A stretch of 64,000 nucleotides of DNA, taken from the NCBI GenBank assembly GCA_951406725.2, contig OX597818.1, positions 125,302,001 to 125,366,000 on the forward strand, given 5' to 3'. Source of the stretch: Octopus vulgaris. Its lineage: Eukaryota. Made by a program: the position numbers and the translations under genes. Of this stretch, positions 56,041 to 64,000 are shown one piece after another. Each line of letters starts with the position of its first letter. The first letter of the stretch is position 1. Below the pieces are notes generated by a model, which saw nothing but the letters and a program-made list of their open reading frames with translations, ran no database searches and had not been told where the DNA came from.

Positions 56041-57715
56041 CTGAAAAGAGAAAGAAAAACAAATTTTAGTATTTTTATTACAGTTGGGCGAATTGTTAGC
56101 ATAAAACAGTTTGCTGTTCTCTATGTCCTGCGTTCAAACGTCGCTGAGACCAACTTTGTCTTTCAGCCTTCAAGGGTCAAAATAATGAAGTACTACTCGA
56201 GTACTGTGGTTTATGGTATCGACTAGCCCACCGACCCCTAAAATTTATTGTCTTCGTGCCTTAGTCTATGAGAACATGCGCAAATTCTCATGGACTAAGG
56301 ACGAATAAAAACAGATAGATAAGGACGAATAAAAACAGATAGAGAGAGAGGGGCATAGTTTCAATTATAAACAAATGAATAGATCAATATAAAGGCGGGA
56401 AGAAATGTAGGAATGGTTGAGAATGCGTGTAATCCTGTAGAAGCCCTCTCATCAGCTCGTACTAATTAATGTTATCGTTGCATTGAGAGACGCTTCACAG
56501 ATTCTCATTGATAATATTAATTTGTTTGTCTTGACATGTATTCGCGAGTTACGCTTGTAACAATTGTTACAATGGCACGAAGCCCATGACATACTCGAGA
56601 CTTGTAACATAATGAAACAATGCTAAGAAGAGCTTATAATTTCAATGAATTAAAACAGGGATACAGACATCTGTAAAACCTATAAATTCCAAGAGGGTTC
56701 CGCTATTAATATAGTAATGGAAAAAAAAGGTTCATGGGGCATTATTCTTTTGTTCTATTTGTTGTTGTTGTTATTATTGTTGTCATCATTACTTTCTAGT
56801 GAAAGAAGAAAAATAAAAGGCAGGGAGGCTGATTTTATCAGTGGAGTGAATGAAAAAATATAAAATATTTAATTCATTGTTAATAATACTGATTTTCCTC
56901 TCTGCCAACCACTAACGCTGACAAAAAGGAGAAATAAACTGCAAACAATAATGCAACTAAATAGAATACAATATGAGGAACAATGAAAATTAAAGGAATA
57001 GAATAACAAAAGGAGGAATGAGAGTAATTTAGCACAGGTGGAAATTGTGGAAATTGAAGGTAATGAGTATTGAATTGGTTTTTTGGAATTTTCGTTACAA
57101 GGTAACAAAAGAATGACTGATGTTTCATTGTTACGGGAGAACTTGACTAAAAAAACATTTAATAACGTACACATACACAAGCAAACAAGTAGCAACACAC
57201 GCGTTCAGATATACATATACAAATATATATACATATACAAATATATATTCATATACATTACGCGCACATACACATACACACACACACACTCTCACACACA
57301 CACACACACACACACACACAAGCAGACACTCACACAAGCAGGCACACACACTCATTCACTGTATGCTAGTGTAGCTCTCACTCATTCTCTTTCCTCCGAG
57401 TTTCGCTTTCTCGACGCCGAGAAGTGCCCGTCTACTCACTACTACATAGGCTCCCAAAACATTTAGAGAAATCGTGGTAACATGCTGTCTGTTCATATTC
57501 GCTGTGACTATGCTTTCTACATCTTTTATATTTTCTTTTACTAGTTCCAATTATTGGACTGCGGCCATACTGTGGTATCGCATTGAAGGGTTTTATTCGA
57601 ACAAATTAACACCGGTACTTATTTTTTAAACCTGATAATTACTCCATCGGTTTGTTTCGCCGAACCGCTAAGTTACAGGCACATTAAACAAACCAGCACC
57701 GGTTGTCAATACACA

Positions 57716-58137
57716 ATAAGGCGGCGAGCTGGCAGAAAACGTTAGCGCGCCGGGCGAAATGCTTAGCGGTATTTCGTCTGCCGTTACGTTGTGAGTTCAA
57801 ATTCCGCCGAGGTCGACTTTGCCTTTCATCCTTTTGAGGTCGATTAAATAAGTACCAGTTACGCACTGGGGTCGATGTAATCGACTTAATACCTTTGTCT
57901 GTCCTTGTTTTGTCCCCTCTGTGTTTAGCCCCTTGTGGGTAGTAAAGAAATGGGTATTTCGTCTGCCGTTACGTTGTGAGTTCAAATTCCGCCGAGGTCG
58001 ACTTTGCCTTTCATCCTTTTGAGGTCGATTAAATAAGTACCAGTTACGCACTGGGGTCGATGTAATCGACTTAATACCTTTGTCTGTCCTTGTTTTGTCC
58101 CCTCTGTGTTTAGCCCCTTGTGGGTAATAAAGAAATA
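57716..58137 (+). mobile_element. Dimeric SINE family A with 15-bp TSD, nested in a SINE B tail
   Basis: GGTTGTCAATACACA at 57701-57715 and 58138-58152; internal 185-bp duplication. Confidence 0.92.
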
Positions 58138-59236
58138 GGTTGTCAATACACACAGACACATTAATGTTTATTGTTATGTCGAGTTATATAAACAATTTTA
58201 TATTAAACTGAAGGATTACGCAATACTTTTTCTAGAGTCACAGATAGATAGATAGACAGACCGACAGACAGACAAATAAATAGACAGACAGACAAATAGA
58301 TAAATACATAGATGAACAGACAGCCAGAAAAACGGTCACGGGGAAGACTACTAGACACGCAGACATATTTACAACTGTAAACAGATGGCTAAATAGAGAT
58401 AAAGATATAGAATTATAGAAGTAGCGAGGTGGTGACGGTTGATAATGCATGTGTCATAGACAAAACACAGAAGATGCTTTGTACATCACTTCGTATGCAC
58501 CTTATTGCAATAATTCTGTCTGCTTTTGTATTGTCGTTATTATTGCCTTGCTAATTCTTGTTCCCATCCATTTCTTTCTTCTTTCTTCCCAACCGTAGCC
58601 AAGTCATGGATGAGTTCACACTATTCCTGCTATTGTTTTCCCACTTGCCGCCATTGTTTAATATTTTTAGTTTTATTCATTTTTATTTTATTTTATTTTT
58701 GATACATTTTTTATCATTTTTTTTTGTTTTAACTTTCCTGTCTCCAAATTGTCTCGCATGAAGGATGACGTCACAAAAACCCCAGCCAAGCGGAAACCAT
58801 TTTGGAGACAATAGCTGGTTTATTTAATTTGTTTTAAATTTTGCTATTTAGTATTGTCATCATCATCATCAGCAGCATCCTCTTTTACCACCTCCATTCC
58901 TTCCTTCCCCTTTTCCTCCCCCTCTTCATCATCCTCTTCTCGTCGTCATCGGAAAAATAATTATAATAATTGCTTCTAATATAGGCACAAGGCCAGCAAT
59001 TTTGAGAGACGAGTGTTAGTATATACAGTCATTCCCAGTACTTATCTAGAACTTTATTTTAGCGACCTCGAAAGGGCGAAATTCAACGTTGACTACGGTG
59101 GGATTTGGGCACAGAAAGCAAAGAATTAGCGGAAGTAACACCACAAGGTATTTTATCCATCTCTTCTACGTCTCCGCTATTCCACCAATGTCTGTTCATT
59201 TAGTCATTCTTGACTGAATCAAATTTCGATTAGATA

Positions 59237-59657
59237 GGCGCAGGAGTGGCTGTGTGGTAAGTAGCTTGCTAACCAACCACATGGTTTCGGGTTCAGTCCC
59301 ACTGCGTGGCATTTTGGGCAAGTGTCTTCTGCTATAGCTCCGGGCCGACCAATGCCTTGTGAGTGGATTTGGTAGACGGAAACTGAAAGAAGCCTGTCGT
59401 ATATATGTATATGTATATATATGTATGTATGTGTGTATGTTTGTGTGTCTGTGTCTGTCCCCCTAGCATTGCTTGACAACCGATGCTGGTGTGTTTACGT
59501 CCCCGTCACTTAGTGGTTCGGCAAAACAGACCGATAGAATAAGTACTGGGCTTACAAAAGAATAGGTTCCGGGGTCGAGTTGCTCGACTAAAGGCGGTGC
59601 TCCAGCACGGCCGCAGTCAAATGACTGAAACAAGTAAAATAGTAAAAGAGTAAAAGA
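59237..59657 (+). mobile_element. SINE family B, full length
   Basis: GGCGCAGGAGTGGCTGTGTGGTAAG (box A), GGGTTCAGTCCC (box B), TTGGGCAAGT CORE-like motif, internal microsatellite, tail ending in GTAAAAGA repeats. Confidence 0.9.
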
Positions 59658-59863
59658 GAAAGAGTGTAAGAAAGAGTAAGTCAGAAAAGGGTGAATGAAG
59701 AGGAGGGAGACGAGAGAAGACGCAGTGTGTATGTGTGCACGTGTGTCTGTGTGCATGTGCCTGTGCGTATGAAACGGTCTTTCAGTGAGAGGTCTTTCAG
59801 TGAGAGAGAACGAGGCATATAGATAGATAGAAACAGGTCTTTCAGTGAGAGAGAACGAGGCAT

Positions 59864-59928
<65 letters not shown>

Positions 59929-59944
59929 AAGATATATCGGTTAC

Positions 59945-60260
59945 GTGTTTCAATCATTAGACTTCTGGCCATGCTGGGGCACCACCTTGAAGAAGTTTAG
60001 TCGAACGAATCGACGCTAGTACTCATAACAGGGATGTAAACGTATCAACACCGGTTGTCGAGCGGTGGTGAGGACAAACACAAAAATAAAGACACACACA
60101 CATATATAAGTATTTACGACATGCTTCTTTCAGTTTCCGTCTTCAAAATACATTCACAAGGCTTTTGTTGGTCCGGTGCTATAATAGAAGACACTTGCTC
60201 AAGGTACTACGCGGTAGGACTGAACCCGGAACCATGTGGTTGGTAAGCAAGCAACTTACC
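59945..60260 (-). mobile_element. SINE family B, diverged
   Basis: Reverse-complement match to head and tail. Confidence 0.78.
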
Positions 60261-60695
60261 ACTAAACTGTTACTTCATTTATCGACTCCGATCGTATAAA
60301 AAGCAAAGTTCCATCAGCGAAATTTGAACTTGACAACCGATGTTAGTGTGTTTACGATCCCATAAATTTGCATTTCGACAAAATAGACCGATAGAATAAG
60401 TACTAGTCTTACAAAGAATAAGTCCTGTGTCGATTTCTTCGACTAATTGATTTCAAGACGGTGCTCCAGAATGACTGAAGCATGTAAAAGAATAAAAGAA
60501 AAAAGAATATGAAAATGAATCCTTATTCTAGGATCAGGGTGGAGCAGTAAAATGGCAAAATGAAGAAGAAAAAAAAGAACCTACAACCCAAAAGTTTTTA
60601 GGCCTTTCTAACTAGTGGAAAGGAATGAGGGAATCATTCTCAGACTGTGTCGGATATTTGCCTCGAATTCTTGTGACGGAGTAATTGTAATGGCT

Positions 60696-60696
<1 letters not shown>

Positions 60697-60736
<40 letters not shown>

Positions 60737-60752
60737 CTACCAGTACCAATGC

Positions 60753-60789
<37 letters not shown>

Positions 60790-60799
60790 GTCATCATCG

Positions 60800-60859
<60 letters not shown>

Positions 60860-60895
60860 CTGTCGTCGTCATCGTCGTCGTGGTTGCCGTCGTCG
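60697..60895. repeat. (CAT)n microsatellite
   Basis: Directly visible. Confidence 0.95.
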
Positions 60896-61394
60896 TCCTT
60901 GTCATCAGTGTATTAAGTAGTTTCGGCACACAGGGAAGGGAAAGAAATCAAGAGCTTAAGTGGAGCATTGAAGGAGGAGGAAGAGGTCTTATTCAGTAAA
61001 ATATCCGGATGATATGGCCTTCTGCAGCTCCCTAATAGATGTCGAATGTACCTAATTCATTCAGTAAATGCATAGATTTTTTTTTGCTTGTAGATTTTAT
61101 AAGGATAACGATGAGGAACATTAGCAATACTATAGCGTTAGTAATAGTAGTGGTGGTGGTGGTGGTGGTGGTGGTGGTGGTGGTAGTGGTGGTGGCGGTG
61201 GTGATTTTGGTGGTTATAGTTGTTGCTGTGGTTGTTGTTGATGTTGTGGTGGCGATGATGGTGGTGGTGGTGGTGCTATAGGAAGTGCGTTGGAGGATAC
61301 AGGAGTATTCAACCACAGCACAAAGTGTGAAGATGTAATTGACTAAAGAGAGTTAATAGCAGGGTTTTAAATAGCTAACACATGTATGTCCATA

Positions 61395-61466
<72 letters not shown>

Positions 61467-61769
61467 ACAAATACATTTAGACACACTGTAAAGTATTGTT
61501 TTCAATCGAGTAGTGATAAGCGAGGGGAGAGGAGGTGATGACAGACCGGAAACTTACGTAATGCGTGCATCATGCTTGTAAACGCATTACTTGTTTAACG
61601 TTCACATAACAATCAATGATTAAGAGGCATATTGTTTCCCTTATACTCATACAAACACACATAGACATGCACAAACGCAAGCAAATATAGGCACCCATGC
61701 TTGCACACATATGTCTAGACAGAGGATTCAGTTATACACTCATACATTCATTCAGCTATTTGAGGTTTA

Positions 61770-61803
<34 letters not shown>

Positions 61804-61816
61804 GCACACACACACA

Positions 61817-61865
<49 letters not shown>

Positions 61866-62004
61866 CGTCGAGCAATATATTATTAATTATACCATACAAT
61901 TGGTCAGAATGTGACTGCTTGTTTCGCGCCGACTTTTCAACTTACCCGATAATGACAATGCGTATGTGTGCGTGTGCGAGTGTGTGTGTGTATATGCGTG
62001 TGTG

Positions 62005-62034
62005 CTAGCAGATATACCCAGCGTTGCCCGGGTT
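62005..62034 (-). mobile_element. Helitron-like 3' terminus (related subfamily; body extends rightwards, end not defined)
   Basis: Minus strand AACCCGGGCAACGCTGGGTATATCTGCTAG: hairpin plus CTAG. Confidence 0.6.
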
Positions 62035-62205
62035 ACATAGAATAATGAAATTTAAAAACACCGTCTTGATTACGCAAGCCTCAACTGTTAGTAGCCGGGA
62101 TACCAATTTTCTACATTAATAACTCCCCAGCCTATGCCAGCATAGAACATAGACGTAAAGCGAAATGTTAAAATCAAGTTTTTAACACATATATGTATAT
62201 AAAGT

Positions 62206-62504
62206 GATCACGTGACCGACCAGACCATTAGATGTTGTTACACATCGCTGGTCACAATGCGTTCGCATTGTTTTAGCCTTTGAATGACGCCACCCCGCTG
62301 GCTAAGCGAGCAGGCCAACAGAAGAAAGAGTGGAAGAAAGAGTAGTGAGAGAGTACAGCAGGGATCACCACCCCCTGCCGAAGCGTCGTGGAAGTTTTAG
62401 GTGTTTTCGCTCAATAAACACTCACAACGCCCGGTCTGGGAATCGAAACCGCGATCCTACGACCGCAAGTCCGCTGCCCTAACCACTGGGCTATTGCGCC
62501 TCCT
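62206..62504 (-). mobile_element. tRNA-derived SINE family C, full length, 12-bp TSD
   Basis: Head GGAGGCGCAATAGCCCAGTGGTTAGGGCAGCGGAC...GGTTTCGATTCCC; TGTATATAAAGT at 62194-62205 and 62505-62516. Confidence 0.9.
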
Positions 62505-63034
62505 TGTATATAAAGTAAATACATGTAATTCAAAAACATGTTTTGTGTAGCTTATTTCGTAACACAAAAAAAAAACAGGTACAAATTATAAACGATGTAA
62601 GGACGATTTTGGTGATTCATTTGACAGAGGTAGTAGAGAGCCAATTCGATGATAAATCTGACCTTGGACCTTGAAAGTTTGCATGAATCCTATCTCAGTT
62701 AAGTCACTGGTGGCTCCAAATGATGCACAAATTTGCACAAAAAAACTAGAAATATTCGATTTTATGGTAAAAGAGTAAACACTGGCGGGGATTCACCAAA
62801 TCCAATCTATTAGTAGCACAGTGAAGATTTGAAAGTCATTAAAAAAAATTCTCCATATAGGATTCTTATGTGAACAGATGCGCAAACTTGGATGTATGCA
62901 TCGACAGTTCAACCAACACACCGGCTCAATTACATATTTACAAACACCTGGAACTCTCTTAATTCTTGTTGCTTTCATAGCAACCGGCTTGAACTTTCTC
63001 AAGAACTTAAACTCAGGGAAAAGTTATATATGTA

Positions 63035-63255
63035 TATAAAGTTAATCCAAACAAGAAAGCACAAAAAAACACAACAACGCGAGGACGTGGAACAGATATA
63101 GTATTATTGGACGCTCAGGAAAGAAGGAAAGAAGGAGGGTTTAACGTTTCGAGCGGAGCTTTTCGTCGGAAACATAGGAGAAGGAAAGATCCAGAGAAGG
63201 GAAGACAGAAGAAAAGAAATCGCCAACGGTGCACACGAGGTCACATTTTGAAATA
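63035..63255 (-). mobile_element. Short Penelope-type terminal element (same family as 15786-15963)
   Basis: Reverse-complement match; variant hammerhead motif at 63139-63173. Confidence 0.65.
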
Positions 63256-63494
63256 CATGTATATATGTATATACATATATATGCGCGCGCGTGTGTGTGT
63301 GTGTGTGTAGCTACAAACACACATGCGCAGTATTTTAACATCAAATTTTCTCAAAAGAAAGAGAATCCCAAAAAACAAACAGATTACAATAACGCAATCA
63401 AATTACATACACTGGTTAACACCAAAATATTTAATAACTCCTAAATGTTTCTAGAAATCCTGTCGAAGTTCAATTAGAAACTTCAGCGACTTTC

Positions 63495-63722
63495 ATCGGT
63501 TGTCAGGCAATGCTTGGGGGACAAACACAGAAACATATACACGCACACACACATATATATACATATACACGGCGGGCTTCTTTCAGTTTCCGTCTACCAA
63601 ATCCACTCACAAGGTCGGCCCGAGGCTATAGTAGAAGACACTTGCCCAAGGTGCCACGCAGTGGGACTGAACCCGGAACCATGTGATTGGTAAGCAAGCT
63701 ACTTACCACACAGCCACTCCTG

Positions 63723-63727
<5 letters not shown>
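63495..63727 (-). mobile_element. SINE family B, head and part of tail
   Basis: CTTACCACACAGCCACTCCTGCGCC on plus strand is the head reversed. Confidence 0.85.
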
Positions 63728-63809
<82 letters not shown>

Positions 63810-64000
63810 CCCGAATACCCTTTTCAGCCAAGTCAGAACAGTATAAATGTATGTGCATTAGTGTATGTATGTGCGTGTGCAAGCATGTGAGTGTGGGTGC
63901 CTGCGTGATAATGTGCTTCGCTTGTCTCAATTATTGGGCTGCAGCCATGCTGGGGCACTGCCTTGAAGTGTTTAGTTGAACACTTGACCCCTGTACTAAT

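Noticed and set aside
57356-57550. Candidate upstream exons of the rost-like gene (also 62793-63002 and donor-like sites near 61553 and 61941)
   Set aside because: No similarity to a rolling stone N-terminus and no convincing phase-0 donor context.
62430-62503. Possible tRNA gene (also 26480-26551 and other SINE heads)
   Set aside because: Box A and box B are present but run into a SINE body with a TSD; no proper acceptor stem.

Overview
AT-rich eukaryotic DNA packed with microsatellites. The SINE families and (TA)n/(CATA)n/(CTAT)n load suggest an octopus or other cephalopod (inference). Only one host coding region is supportable: a terminal exon of a rolling stone (rost)-like multi-pass membrane protein with a polyQ loop (55078-56040, minus). 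The rest is transposon material: a complete but frameshifted Tc1 DD34E element with TIRs and TA target duplication, two Tc1 relics, R4/Dong-like and RTE LINE fragments, non-autonomous Helitrons sharing one 3' end, three tRNA-derived SINE families and Penelope-type terminal fragments. Most notable are two type I hammerhead ribozyme motifs with intact cores (40121-40216 and 787-836) plus several degenerate ones, a 4 x 2.77-kb tandem array with one diverged copy, and a 235-bp near-perfect palindrome. Nearly all ORFs in the supplied track are microsatellite artefacts. I found no convincing new protein-coding system; coordinates were counted by eye.
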